Assembly (NCBI GenBank): GCA_049969675.1
Contig: JBMFOP010000016.1
Span: forward strand, 1 to 40,776
Direction: 5' to 3'
DNA length: 40,776 bases
Source of the DNA: Myxococcota bacterium
GTDB lineage: Bacteria; Myxococcota; SpSt-1050
The position numbers and the translations under genes were made by a program. The notes below the pieces were generated by a model. It had not been told where the DNA came from, ran no database searches, and saw only the letters and a program-made list of their open reading frames with translations. This document shows positions 40,596 through 40,776 of the stretch, in pieces. Numbering within the stretch: the stretch's first letter is position 1; every line of letters starts with the position of its first letter.

Positions 40596-40726
40596 CACAT
40601 CTGTCCAAAATAATTTTTTAATATAAAAATCTCGGCAGGGTAGAATTATTTTGTCAATCAAAAAACACTGAAAGCAGGATTACTATGAGTAGGTATATTA
40701 GTATCTTTGTACAAATCTATGATTGG
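40596..40726 (+). repeat. Diverged direct repeat, copy 2 (right of ars cassette)
   Basis: Aligns to 36678-36842; lacks the internal GC hairpin segment. Confidence 0.8.
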
Positions 40727-40776
40727 AGTAAGCAAATTTTTAATTGGGATATGCAAGCATACTCTGATGAAACAAG

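Overview
A 40.8 kb bacterial chromosomal segment. Gene content suggests a low-GC, possibly thermophilic Myxococcota/deltaproteobacterial lineage (inference). Bases 1-14.6k hold the tuf 3' end and the S10-spc-alpha ribosomal superoperon (rpsJ to rplQ, with secY, adk, map, infA, rpmJ, rpoA). It cleanly lacks rplC (uL3) and has unusual substitutions in the uS10 and uL4 antibiotic-contact loops. Bases 14.6-23.8k hold an orphan parA, an ABC-2 exporter pair, a decayed AT-rich gap, a minus-strand run (TPR lipoprotein, FmdB Zn-ribbon, LEA2 lipoprotein, membrane Ser/Thr pseudokinase with FGE-sulfatase domain) and a divergent radical SAM + stand-alone LigD 3'-phosphoesterase pair. Bases 23.8-36.6k hold an AgmK/GltI-like 3499-aa TPR protein and an AgmX/GltJ-like protein, without the rest of the gliding cluster. 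Bases 36.6-40.8k hold an arsenic-resistance cassette (arsR, small thioredoxin, acr3, thioredoxin-fold-ArsC fusion, internally deleted permease) bracketed by two diverged ~130-165 bp direct repeats. A ~21-bp motif from these repeats recurs in other intergenic gaps. No rRNA, tRNA, CRISPR array or transposase was recognised. All assignments come from motif recognition by eye, not database searches.
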